From: a virus
Taxonomy: Duplodnaviria > Caudoviricetes
Strand: one strand, 5' to 3'
DNA length: 64,000 nt
Virus record (IMG/VR): IMGVR_UViG_3300037461_000646
Coordinates: 1-64,000 of that record
The notes under the pieces are model-generated. The model had not been told where the DNA came from and made no database searches. It worked only from the letters and a program-made list of their open reading frames with translations. Positions 1-8,761 of the stretch are shown in pieces. Every line of letters starts with the position of its first letter. Positions within the stretch are counted from its first letter, which is position 1. Position numbers and translations under genes: made by a program.

Positions 1-633
1 AAAGAGTTCAAGACCCATAAACGACCCGACATTGAGCGAGAAGCCACATTTTGCCCCCCATCAGTAGACCCCTTGAGTGATCAGGCAAAGCGGTATCTGC
101 GAAACGAGAGAAAGTTTGCCTACAAAAGAATAACCAACAAATATGGGCTGGGGTATTTCAAGCCGACATCCATCTACAGGTTTCGGCTTTACATACCCGT
201 TTTTTTCAACGGCAGATTAGTGACCTTCACCACCCGTACCATCAACGAGAAGTTGGAACCCAAGTATCTTCATTGTCCCAAACGAACCAGTTCTCTTTTT
301 GCCAAAGAAACCCTCTACAACATTGATAGTGCGGGGGACACAGCTATCGTAGTTGAGGGGCCGATAGACGCATGGCGAATCGGTGACGGTGCCGTGGCCA
401 CATTTGGGGTCGTGTTCACCCAAAGGCAAATAAAGCTCATCAGAGAACGGTTCAAGCGGGTCTTCATCATGTACGATGCGGAACCTATGGCGCAGCAACA
501 GGCACAGAGACTGGCTGATTCCATCTCTGGGTTCAATCTTGAAGTCAACGTGGTCAAGCTCGATAAAGGCGACCCCGGCTCTCTGTCAATGGCTGAAGCA
601 CGGCACATCAGACAAGAAATTATTGGGAGGTAA
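1..633 (+). CDS. DNA primase, TOPRIM domain (5'-truncated by window edge)
   Basis: Frame is open from base 1. TOPRIM motifs AIVVEGPIDAW and FIMYDAE; C-terminal GDPG. Lies upstream of the helicase. Confidence 0.85.
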   Translation, partial: KEFKTHKRPDIEREATFCPPSVDPLSDQAKRYLRNERKFAYKRITNKYGLGYFKPTSIYRFRLYIPVFFNGRLVTFTTRTINEKLEPKYLHCPKRTSSLFAKETLYNIDSAGDTAIVVEGPIDAWRIGDGAVATFGVVFTQRQIKLIRERFKRVFIMYDAEPMAQQQAQRLADSISGFNLEVNVVKLDKGDPGSLSMAEARHIRQEIIGR

Positions 634-635
634 AC

Positions 636-1052
636 ATGGCAACAGACGAGAAAATAAATTCTATGATTCAACTACACCACGCCGCCCCCGTACTGTTTAC
701 ATTGGCTGAACTGGCCAAAAATCACACCACTGTGGAGCTATTAACATCAGACATAGACCCAGAAATGATAGATGACTATCAATGCACCATTCGATTCACC
801 AAGCCCATGTTTCTCCACCTACTTAAAACTGTCGAAAAACAAGTGAAAATATTAAACAACGCCAGCAATGGGTTTTTCGGTGGAGTACTACTAGACCACG
901 ACAATGGAGAAGTCTTGAGTCGGTTGATTGGTACAATTCTACAACTTGGCCTGATTGATCTTGTCGAAAATTCGGAAAAACACATCAACCAATTGAAAAA
1001 AAACCTTGAAGAAATGGGCGAAAAAATTATTATTGACAACAACTGCAAATAA
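636..1052 (+). CDS. Hypothetical protein (138 aa)
   Basis: ORF starts 2 nt after the primase stop; no motif recognised. Confidence 0.7.
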   Translation: MATDEKINSMIQLHHAAPVLFTLAELAKNHTTVELLTSDIDPEMIDDYQCTIRFTKPMFLHLLKTVEKQVKILNNASNGFFGGVLLDHDNGEVLSRLIGTILQLGLIDLVENSEKHINQLKKNLEEMGEKIIIDNNCK

Positions 1053-1061
1053 TATTATGTT
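1033..1061 (+). promoter_or_regulatory. Sigma70-type promoter
   Basis: TTGACA (1033-1038), 17-nt spacer, TATGTT (1056-1061). Confidence 0.6.
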
Positions 1062-1067
1062 CTTGTT

Positions 1068-1280
1068 CAAGAAGCGAAGTCTGTCAGCCGTGTGAACGGG
1101 GTCGAAAGACAACGGGGCTGAGAGATAAAACAAAAGGGTGAAATCGAGGTCAGAAAGTGGTACAAAGTCTATCAAATTTTGTGGTAAAGCAATGGGGGTT
1201 GAAAAGGGCATCTGGCCGTCCTACTCACAACCCCCAGCTTCTAAACCCCGGTGACTCACACTCACCGGGGTTTTCTTTTG
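1068..1280 (+). ncRNA. Candidate structured small RNA
   Basis: Bounded by the promoter and terminator. Stems: TCAGCC/GGCTGA (1084-1121) enclosing GTC-GAAA-GAC; TGGGGGTTG/CAACCCCCA (1193-1236); end-pairing AGAAGC/GCTTCT (1070-1075/1237-1242). Confidence 0.4.
1243..1280 (+). terminator. Intrinsic terminator
   Basis: Perfect 12-bp stem AAACCCCGGTGA/TCACCGGGGTTT with a 7-nt loop, followed by TCTTTT. Confidence 0.75.
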
Positions 1281-1447
1281 TCAAACAATTGAAAACAACG
1301 GTGGACTGTGTTTACGAGCAAGGTTGGGTACTGTTCTCTTTCATAATAGCTGCCATCAAGTCCTTCTACGAACAAGCCTCTAAACTCATAATCACTATTA
1401 GCTTTTTCTGTCAAAAACAAAAACTATTAGCGACTATTGAAATACTA

Positions 1448-1470
1448 CTACTTCTACTTCGTAGAAGTAG
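1448..1470. repeat. Perfect inverted repeat in AT-rich intergenic tract
   Basis: CTACTTCTAC-TTC-GTAGAAGTAG. Confidence 0.8.
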
Positions 1471-1574
1471 ATACAGCTTATTCTCTAGTATTTACATATA
1501 TTCTAGTAATACTAGTTACGCTGTTTTCATTAATATATGTACGGCAAACCAAAAAACTGCGAAAGGTGGAACCA

Positions 1575-2372
1575 ATGTTGCTGCGAACACCCCCCCCTGC
1601 CCCGGCCCCGAAAGTAATCAACCTGTTTGCCCACGAAAAGTTCTACATGACCCGCAACAACGAATCAGATGTGATCGAATTATCGCCGCAGGAACAAATT
1701 GCTTGTGACATCGATGAAACTATCAAATTCTGGGTCCACAGCGGTTTGCGAACACCGAGGGACTATCGCACCCCCAAGGTCTACGGTGAGGCCAAGAAAC
1801 AATTACGAGCGATACTGACCGGCAAGCACCCCCATGTACCCCGATTGAACAAGACCCAGATAGTTTGCAGCATTGCCAATTTCAAGTGTGCTGCAACCGA
1901 CCCACGCTTCAGGCCAGTCAAAAAACAGCTACTGAAAAAACTAAGTATCAACGAATTTATTTGGGAACCCTACACCAAGAAAAGCCATCTTCTCATTTAC
2001 ACCGAACCCCCCAAGACCATCGAAGCCCACATCGACCCCAAGCTCACGATGGAACTCTACCGTCAGTACTGCCTTACCAAGTGGGGCAAGACCGATGACA
2101 CAACCGATGTGCCCGTTACCCTGCTCTCTATCTTTGTGCGAATATCGAACCGTCTGATCAAATACCTCAGAGAAGTGGAAGACAGACTGCAACCCCTCAT
2201 GGGGGTCAGTTCAAAGACCCCGACCCGTGCCGCCTATGGCCTGATGCAATCAAACCTTGTTGACCGCCCCGACTTCAACCCCCTGTGGCTTGCAAACGAC
2301 ATATCGATTGGCAATCTTGAACGCTGGCTGAAAAACCAAGGGTTCTTCAAACACTCCACCAAAGCTGTGTAA
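1575..2372 (+). CDS. Hypothetical replication-associated protein (possible initiator or helicase loader)
   Basis: ATG 1575 follows RBS-like AAAGGTGGA; the upstream in-frame extension is AT-rich and non-coding-like. Directly precedes the helicase. Function inferred from position only. Confidence 0.65.
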   Translation: MLLRTPPPAPAPKVINLFAHEKFYMTRNNESDVIELSPQEQIACDIDETIKFWVHSGLRTPRDYRTPKVYGEAKKQLRAILTGKHPHVPRLNKTQIVCSIANFKCAATDPRFRPVKKQLLKKLSINEFIWEPYTKKSHLLIYTEPPKTIEAHIDPKLTMELYRQYCLTKWGKTDDTTDVPVTLLSIFVRISNRLIKYLREVEDRLQPLMGVSSKTPTRAAYGLMQSNLVDRPDFNPLWLANDISIGNLERWLKNQGFFKHSTKAV

Positions 2373-2374
2373 GT

Positions 2375-3910
2375 ATGGCGAACTTCACCGTTCAGCAGAT
2401 AGATAGTGCCTTAGAGAGTAGGATACTCATTGCCCTCTTAACCGATGAGCAGTTTATCCGCGAGGTCAAACATGCAATCGACTTGGGGTACTTCAGAAAC
2501 CCATACTTTCAGCACATCGCCCGAATCGCCATCAAGCACTACGAACAGTTTAACACTTGTATCCGCGAGAATATACGAGATCAACTCACCCCACAGAAAT
2601 TCAACAAGCCCGACGAGCTTGAGAATATCCGTGAAGCGGTGGAGGCCCTCTGGCAACGAACCCTTACCAAAGAAACGAAAGAGAACACGCCCTACCTTAT
2701 CAGCGAAGCGATCAAATTCTTTAAGAAACGTGAGTTGGAAATCACCACCAACAACATTCAGTTTTATCTCAACGAAGGCAAAGTGGATGAGGCAGAAAAA
2801 ACTCTGAACGAATACGTCAGGGTCGAGCGACGATTTTCAGACATCAATGACCTGTTCGATGAGGAGCTTCTTCTAAGCCACTTCGCCGGTAGAGACAACG
2901 AGTTCTTCAAAATGCCCGGTGATCTTGGCCGCTTCTTGGGGGAGTTTGAACGTGGCTGGCTGATTGGCATCATGGGGCCGTATAAGGGCGGCAAATCGTG
3001 GCTTGCCCTTGAGTTTGGTATCATAGGCATGTTGAGCAACCTGAACGTGGCATTCTTCAGCTTGGAGATGACCTCACACAACGTCTACGAGCGTATATTC
3101 AAGCGGCTGTCGGTGGCATCTGACCGGCCCGTGATCATCAACCCTGTGTTCGATTGCAAGAAGAACCAGTCTGATGAATGCCAGTTTGCCAGACGAACAA
3201 ACAACATCGCTCTTGACTGGCAGTTGGGGGAACCTGTTGACTTTCGCAAAAATCGTCAGTATAGGATATGCACCTTCTGCAAAGACCATGTGGCCTTCAT
3301 TGGTCACTACCAACCGGCCACATGGTTTGAGAAAATCGAGGTGCCTGTATTCGATCAATTGGTTGCGGCCAAAGTGAGGGATAAATTTCACACCTTTTTC
3401 AAGAACCGTTTCAAGTTCAAAGCCTACCCCCGCTTTACCGCAAGTATCGAAGACATCAAGAACGACCTCAGTGTGTTGGAAGTCACCGAGGGCTGGTCCC
3501 CAGACATCATCATTGTCGATTACGCCGACATTCTGAAGCCAGAACCCGGTAGCCCTACAGACGGTCACGAGAAAGAAGACAGAAGTTGGATTGCACTCTC
3601 TCAGCTTGCCGGTGAGAAAAAGGCTCTGGTCATCACCCCTACCCAAGTCACGAAAGAAGGGCTTGAAGCCTACATTCTAAGAACCAAACACACCGCCCGA
3701 TGGTCAGGCAAGCTTGGTCATATCGATGCCATGCTCACCATAAACCAAACAGAGGAGGAAAAACGCTGTGGCCTCATGCGGGTCGCCATCATGGAACACC
3801 GCCACGCCGAATTCTTTGAAACCGAATGCTGCACCGTTTTACAGAACCTGAGAACTGCCCAAGTACATTTAGACTCAGTACGAACTCAATCTCAAAGTGA
3901 AGGAGAATAG
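2375..3910 (+). CDS. dnaB: Replicative DNA helicase (DnaB/gp41-like) with Cys-rich insertion
   Basis: Walker A GPYKGGKS, FFSLEMT, Walker B IIIVDYAD, ITPTQ, later DnaB-type motifs (DAMLTINQ, RHAE). Confidence 0.85.
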   Translation: MANFTVQQIDSALESRILIALLTDEQFIREVKHAIDLGYFRNPYFQHIARIAIKHYEQFNTCIRENIRDQLTPQKFNKPDELENIREAVEALWQRTLTKETKENTPYLISEAIKFFKKRELEITTNNIQFYLNEGKVDEAEKTLNEYVRVERRFSDINDLFDEELLLSHFAGRDNEFFKMPGDLGRFLGEFERGWLIGIMGPYKGGKSWLALEFGIIGMLSNLNVAFFSLEMTSHNVYERIFKRLSVASDRPVIINPVFDCKKNQSDECQFARRTNNIALDWQLGEPVDFRKNRQYRICTFCKDHVAFIGHYQPATWFEKIEVPVFDQLVAAKVRDKFHTFFKNRFKFKAYPRFTASIEDIKNDLSVLEVTEGWSPDIIIVDYADILKPEPGSPTDGHEKEDRSWIALSQLAGEKKALVITPTQVTKEGLEAYILRTKHTARWSGKLGHIDAMLTINQTEEEKRCGLMRVAIMEHRHAEFFETECCTVLQNLRTAQVHLDSVRTQSQSEGE

Positions 3911-3913
3911 ACC

Positions 3914-4162
3914 ATGCCCACTACAATCACTCTCAGCATACAAATGAGCTACCGATGCAAAAACCACCCAGATGTTGAACTTTCTGTTTTTCAGCCAGCT
4001 AATGGAGCATCATTCGTAGAACCTTGCATCGAGTGTGCGAAAGAAAAGGGTGCTCTACACAACCAAATCTTGTCTCTGCAAGATGAGTTCAACAAAGCTA
4101 TGCACAAAAAATTAGAACGGGTCAAGACCAAAATGAAAAAGAAAGGAGGTAAACGTAAATGA
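3914..4162 (+). CDS. Small putative zinc-binding protein
   Basis: CKNH...CIEC; overlaps the next start (ATGA). Confidence 0.65.
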   Translation: MPTTITLSIQMSYRCKNHPDVELSVFQPANGASFVEPCIECAKEKGALHNQILSLQDEFNKAMHKKLERVKTKMKKKGGKRK

Positions 4163-5322
4163 AGTCAGAAGAACAAATTGATCAGAAGCAGCTACTGAAG
4201 CTGATCAAAGTCTTGAACGACAAGTTCAAGACCAAGATCAAGACGAAGGGGTCCATCACCGACCTTGCCGAAGCATTCGCCACAGGGGTCGAGGCGTTGG
4301 GCAACCGCAACGAACCCCTACCCGAAGAAGTGATCGACTTCTTCAACGACCTGTTTGCCGACGAGTCTCAGGGGTATAAGGATGTCGATGTCACCGCCGA
4401 AACCGAACTTGAAGACCCCATCGAAGACACCGAACCTCTACCTGAAGACACCCTGCCTGAAGACGAAGAGGTAGAGGAGCTACCAGAGCTTGAACCCGAA
4501 GCTGAACTGCCCGGTGAGGAAGAAGAACCCCTGCCCGAAGAAGAAGAGGAGCCTCTTGACGAGCTTGAAGAACTTGAAGAGCTTGACGAGGAAGAACCCC
4601 CTGCACAGAAGCGAGGCAAAGGCCGACCCCCAACAAAGAAACCGGCAGAAAAACCAACGGTCAAAAAACCGACTGAAAAAAAAATCTCACCCGCAGAGGG
4701 AGATAAATCTGAAAAGAAAGGGGAAGTCAAAATGATCGACAAATTGAACGCAATCACCAAGAAGCCGGAACTGAAAGAGTTTGTGAAGGTGAACAGCATC
4801 AATGTCAAGCTGAAGAACTCTGAGTCTCTTCAGGTCTGGAAGGCCAAGGTCAAAAACATTATCGAAGCCGTCTGTGCCCCTGCCGAGCAGCCTGAACCCG
4901 AACCGGCACCGAAACCCGCCGCAAAACCGGCCAAAAAACAAAATCTGAAGCCCAAGGCGGCACCCAAGGCCGAAAAGAAGGTCACACCCAAGACCGAAGC
5001 CAAGAAGCCTGTTAAAGCGGCTGAGAAAGCCCCTGCCAAAAAGGTCGAAAAGCCCAAGGCGGCACCCAAGGGTGAGAAGAAAGCCGCCAAGCCCCGTGGC
5101 GACAAAGACCCCTTTGGTGTTGTGGTGGGTTCCCTGACTCACTCGTTTGTTCAAGCCATTTACAAGAAACCCCAGACGATGCGAATGCTCATTGACTCTG
5201 GCATTGGCAAGCACCCCAAGACCCTCAAGAAGCTGATCGCCATGGGCTACATGGAGCGCGACAAGTCTGGCATCATCAGCATGACCGTGAAGGGCCGAAA
5301 GGTGTATGGAGGTGGCAAGTGA
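4159..5322 (+). CDS. Acidic/basic low-complexity protein with H1-like PAK tract and possible C-terminal winged helix
   Basis: Glu/Pro-rich tract, Lys/Ala/Pro-rich tract, and C-terminal ...KTLKKLIAMGYMERDKSGIISMT. Confidence 0.7.
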   Translation: MKSEEQIDQKQLLKLIKVLNDKFKTKIKTKGSITDLAEAFATGVEALGNRNEPLPEEVIDFFNDLFADESQGYKDVDVTAETELEDPIEDTEPLPEDTLPEDEEVEELPELEPEAELPGEEEEPLPEEEEEPLDELEELEELDEEEPPAQKRGKGRPPTKKPAEKPTVKKPTEKKISPAEGDKSEKKGEVKMIDKLNAITKKPELKEFVKVNSINVKLKNSESLQVWKAKVKNIIEAVCAPAEQPEPEPAPKPAAKPAKKQNLKPKAAPKAEKKVTPKTEAKKPVKAAEKAPAKKVEKPKAAPKGEKKAAKPRGDKDPFGVVVGSLTHSFVQAIYKKPQTMRMLIDSGIGKHPKTLKKLIAMGYMERDKSGIISMTVKGRKVYGGGK

Positions 5323-5582
5323 AAACAGAATTCAAAATCGAAAAGGGGGTGGCCCTGCCGCCCCCCAAACGAAGATACCCGTTTAGTGAGATGAAGATTG
5401 GTGATTCTTTCTTCATCCCAGTCGAAGACCCCCGCACCCCTGATGGTGACAACCGCATTCGGGCCACCGTTCACACTTCTGCCCGAAACAGAAAGATCGT
5501 TGCCACCATACAAAAGGTTAAGGGGGGCTTCAGGGTGTGGAAGATTGGTGAAAGAACCAAAAAAAGAAAGGGGGCCAAATGA
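5319..5582 (+). CDS. Small conserved phage protein, probably DNA-binding
   Basis: IEKGVALPP..RRYPFSEMKIGDSFF, recognised as a widespread phage family motif. Confidence 0.7.
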   Translation: MKTEFKIEKGVALPPPKRRYPFSEMKIGDSFFIPVEDPRTPDGDNRIRATVHTSARNRKIVATIQKVKGGFRVWKIGERTKKRKGAK

Positions 5583-5821
5583 AGAAAACCATCAGAATAG
5601 CCGCAGAGATTATCTTGACCTTTCCACCACAGACCAAGGTGACAGATGAATTGGCCGGGGTTGCTGTATTCTCGTGTGAGCAGCACCTGAACAGTATCGG
5701 CATCATCAACTACACCGGCCCTATGCTTGAGGTTGGTGCACTCAGCTACGGTTTGCGGGTTCACATGAACGAACGGGTTCGGAACGAGGCAGAGGTAAAG
5801 GATGAGCCTACAGTCGGGTGA
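5579..5821 (+). CDS. Hypothetical protein (80 aa)
   Basis: Coupled to both neighbours by overlaps. Confidence 0.6.
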   Translation: MKKTIRIAAEIILTFPPQTKVTDELAGVAVFSCEQHLNSIGIINYTGPMLEVGALSYGLRVHMNERVRNEAEVKDEPTVG

Positions 5822-6971
5822 ACGACAGAGGTTCATGCCGCCTGTCGTAACTTCCCAATACAGTGTGTGCCCGATACCTTTCAGGGTGGATAGTTACAAC
5901 GGCTGTAATTTTGCGTGTAATTATTGTTTTTCGTCCTACTTCATAGAATACAGCCGTAGAAACAACCCTGACCCAGAGCACAGAGTATCGACGTATTTGG
6001 AGATGAACGACCCTGTTAAATTTGAAAAATGGTTTGATCGGGTCGTTCATCTCAAAGAGTACAACTACACTCGTGGGGCAGAGATTGCTGTACTTGAGAG
6101 AATGCCAATAAAATTTGGTGGGGTAGCAGACCCTTTCCCACCAATTGAATACAGAAATAGAATCACCTATCGTATGCTGCAAACTATGCACAAATATGAT
6201 TACCCAGTTCAGATTTTAACCAAAAACCCAATGGTACTATCCCGCTATTCACAAGACTTTGAAAACCCAAATTGGGCAGTTTCTGTTACTTTGATTAGTG
6301 TCGATGAGAAGTTTGTGCGAACTGCGGAACCTATGGCACCCCCACCAAAAGTCAGGTTAAAGGCAATTGAACGTCTGGTGAGTCAGGGTAGAAACGTAAT
6401 GTGCAAAATACAACCCGCCATTTACCCAAAAATTTTATCAGATTTGCCAGACCTTATTAAGTCTCTAAAAGAAAGTGGATGTTGGGCGTTTGCGATTGAA
6501 GGTCTTAAAGTACGCATAGTCATGAATAAACAAGAGCAGGAAAAATTTGAGAAAATAGGCAAGTATTCAGGTGACGATGAATTTATGGGCATTGGCATCA
6601 GAAAGTATTATCGGCTGCGTGGAGTGAAAACATCTTCTGATATGGAAATGACACATGAGCGCAAAAGAGAGTACATAGACCTTGCCCTTGAACTGGCTGA
6701 TAAATATAATATCAAAGGCTTTGTGGCTGACAACCACATGGGCAAGATCGGGGCTGGTCCAGAGTGTTGTGGTACAGAAAGACTTCGTAACTACAAAATT
6801 TGGGGCAACAATTGGAGAGTACGAAGCTGGGGTGTTTTGCCACACGAAAGCTCCCATTTTAATAAGGTTGTTATAAATTCTTTTTCTTTTTCTTCAGACC
6901 CAAGACGGTACAAAACAATAGGCAATGTGATGAATGAGGAGATGAAAAGAAAAAAAGGGGTGTTATTTTGA
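5802..6971 (+). CDS. Radical SAM protein, spore-photoproduct-lyase-like
   Basis: CxxxCxxC (CNFACNYC) preceded by RVDSYNG; GGVADPFPP.E, ILTKN, EPMAPPP..RL, as in SplB-like radical SAMs. Confidence 0.8.
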   Translation: MSLQSGERQRFMPPVVTSQYSVCPIPFRVDSYNGCNFACNYCFSSYFIEYSRRNNPDPEHRVSTYLEMNDPVKFEKWFDRVVHLKEYNYTRGAEIAVLERMPIKFGGVADPFPPIEYRNRITYRMLQTMHKYDYPVQILTKNPMVLSRYSQDFENPNWAVSVTLISVDEKFVRTAEPMAPPPKVRLKAIERLVSQGRNVMCKIQPAIYPKILSDLPDLIKSLKESGCWAFAIEGLKVRIVMNKQEQEKFEKIGKYSGDDEFMGIGIRKYYRLRGVKTSSDMEMTHERKREYIDLALELADKYNIKGFVADNHMGKIGAGPECCGTERLRNYKIWGNNWRVRSWGVLPHESSHFNKVVINSFSFSSDPRRYKTIGNVMNEEMKRKKGVLF

Positions 6972-7546
6972 AAAAACAATTGGCCATACGAAAAGGGTTT
7001 TGTCTTTGTGGGTGTGGCAAAAAACTAACATCAAGTGAAAGATATATTCATGGGCACAACGGCAAAGGCAAAAACAACAGTAGATGGAGAGGTGGGCATT
7101 ATACAACAGTTTCAGGGTATGAAATGACCCGCAGTACCAACCACCCAAGATCAGGGGTGAAAGGGTATGTTTATGATCATATCTTAGTAGCTGAATCAGT
7201 GTTGGGTAAATTTTTACCAAAAAAGGCACAAGTACACCATGTGAATGAAAACCCATCTGATAACAGAAAAGAAAACTTGGTTATCTGTGAAGATGATGCT
7301 TACCACAAACTATTACATCAGAGAGCAAGAGCGTTTAAAGCTGGAGGTATTGATTTAAGGCGATGTTCATTTTGTAAAACTCATGACAAAGTTGAAAATC
7401 TAATCAGTTTCAGTTGTGAAAAAGACAGGTTTATGCACAGAAATTGCTATAATGCTTACCAAAGAAAAACGAACAAAAAACGACGATACCGAACCCTTGG
7501 AGATGTAATGGCAGAAGAACTCAAACCGAAAGGGCAACTGCTATGA
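6968..7546 (+). mobile_element. Free-standing HNH homing endonuclease
   Basis: N-terminal CLCGCG..RYIHGHN; HNH core VYDHILVAE..LG...VHHVNENPSDNRKENLVIC; C-terminal CxxC. Confidence 0.85.
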
Positions 7547-7851
7547 AAATCGTACTTGATTTTGGGGCAAGCGGCATTTACTCGGTTATTACTCCACCCT
7601 ATCTGTTGATCATCGTGGCTATGATTCTGGCTGCGTTGATCGTGGCGAAGTGGCATTACAATCTCAGGTACAGAGAAATTCAATCTAAAGAACTGGAGGG
7701 CATCAACCGTGATAATCGAGAGACAAAAGCTCATCGAGGCAATTCAGAAAGTGCTGCCGGGGGTAGACAGGAAAGAGCTTGTCGAGGCTATGTCGCAGAT
7801 TCACTTCACCGGCAAGTCTCTGATGACCTACAACGACCAAATCTTCAGTAA
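7543..7851 (+). CDS. Possible small membrane protein
   Basis: ATGA-coupled start and one hydrophobic segment, but a 143-nt overlap with the next gene makes the extent doubtful. Confidence 0.4.
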   Translation: MKIVLDFGASGIYSVITPPYLLIIVAMILAALIVAKWHYNLRYREIQSKELEGINRDNRETKAHRGNSESAAGGRQERACRGYVADSLHRQVSDDLQRPNLQ

Positions 7852-8758
7852 GCTATTATTCACCACAGACTTCAAATGCTCCGTACATGCACAGACAATT
7901 TTCAATCTGCTGAAAAACCTTGAAACTGAAAAGGTCAAAGTCGAACTGCACGAAAACAGGCTCAAGATCAACACGGCTGGGGTTGCCGCCAAGCTGGTTG
8001 TCGGTGAGGGCACCGAGATCAACGACATTCTATCATCCATCGAAAAAGAGGTTGAGAATCAGAGGCACACCGACTCCCTGCCTGATGATTTTCTGAAAGC
8101 GGTGGAGCTATGTGCTTTCTCTGCATTCACAAAAGACATAGGTGGCTCGTTCACTTGCATCAATGTGGTGGATAATTACGTCATGTCAACTGACCGGGTT
8201 CGGTTCAGCCTGTATAAAATGGATAGGCCCATGCAGCCTATCATGTTCAAAGCCCAAGCCGCCTATGACATGATCAAGTACGACCTGAAGTTTTACAGCG
8301 TTTCAAAATCGTGGATTCATTTCATAGACAAAGACAGTCTGGTGTTCAGTGTGAGAAAGTATTCAGGCGAGTACCCTGCTGATGAAATTCTTGCCATCGT
8401 GAACAAATCCACACCAGTCGCTAAAATCGTCATGCCTGAAGAGATCATGAAAGCGTTGAGCTTCTTGAACCTTTTCACCGAGGGTCAGGAACAGAAACAC
8501 GCCCAAGTCACGGTCAAAGACGGCTATATGACTATCGGCGTACAGGGCACGAAAGGGGCCATCACCAAACGGGTGAAGGTAGAAACAACCAAAGAGTTCG
8601 ACTTCGGCATCAACCCGACCCTTATGGGCGAAATTCTGAAACGTGGCCTGAAGACAATCGAAGTGGCTGAATCAGTCGGCAAGAAGGAAGTACCTCTGGC
8701 CTTTTTCAAAACCAAGAACTTCACTCACGCCATTGTTTTGTTTGGGCAAGAGAGGTGA
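7709..8758 (+). CDS. dnaN: DNA polymerase sliding clamp (beta-clamp-like)
   Basis: 349 aa; beta-clamp-like N-terminus (LIEAIQKVLPGV); ..MSTDRVRFS and ..GEYP motifs; clamp loader and polymerase are nearby. Confidence 0.75.
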   Translation: MIIERQKLIEAIQKVLPGVDRKELVEAMSQIHFTGKSLMTYNDQIFSKLLFTTDFKCSVHAQTIFNLLKNLETEKVKVELHENRLKINTAGVAAKLVVGEGTEINDILSSIEKEVENQRHTDSLPDDFLKAVELCAFSAFTKDIGGSFTCINVVDNYVMSTDRVRFSLYKMDRPMQPIMFKAQAAYDMIKYDLKFYSVSKSWIHFIDKDSLVFSVRKYSGEYPADEILAIVNKSTPVAKIVMPEEIMKALSFLNLFTEGQEQKHAQVTVKDGYMTIGVQGTKGAITKRVKVETTKEFDFGINPTLMGEILKRGLKTIEVAESVGKKEVPLAFFKTKNFTHAIVLFGQER

Positions 8759-8761
8759 ACT

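Noticed and set aside
1081-1145. Hammerhead ribozyme or c-di-GMP riboswitch
   Set aside because: CTGAGAG does not fit CUGANGA, and the GGCAAA/GCAAAG elements of the c-di-GMP-I motif are absent.
1157-1708. 183-aa ORF suggesting a frameshifted initiator (C8 run at 1590-1597)
   Set aside because: It crosses a strong terminator and an AT-rich tract. The downstream gene has its own RBS and ATG at 1575, so no frameshift is needed.
3130-3350. Intein in the helicase
   Set aside because: No splicing motifs and no endonuclease motifs; treated as a Cys-rich insertion.
4368-4808. Minus-strand poly-Ser ORFs here and at 13861-14331 as further mucin-like proteins
   Set aside because: Antisense to Glu/Pro-rich tracts of well-supported + strand genes.
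4140-5582. KKGGKRK-type C-termini as a signal
   Set aside because: Explained by the overlapping purine-rich ribosome-binding sites of the next genes.
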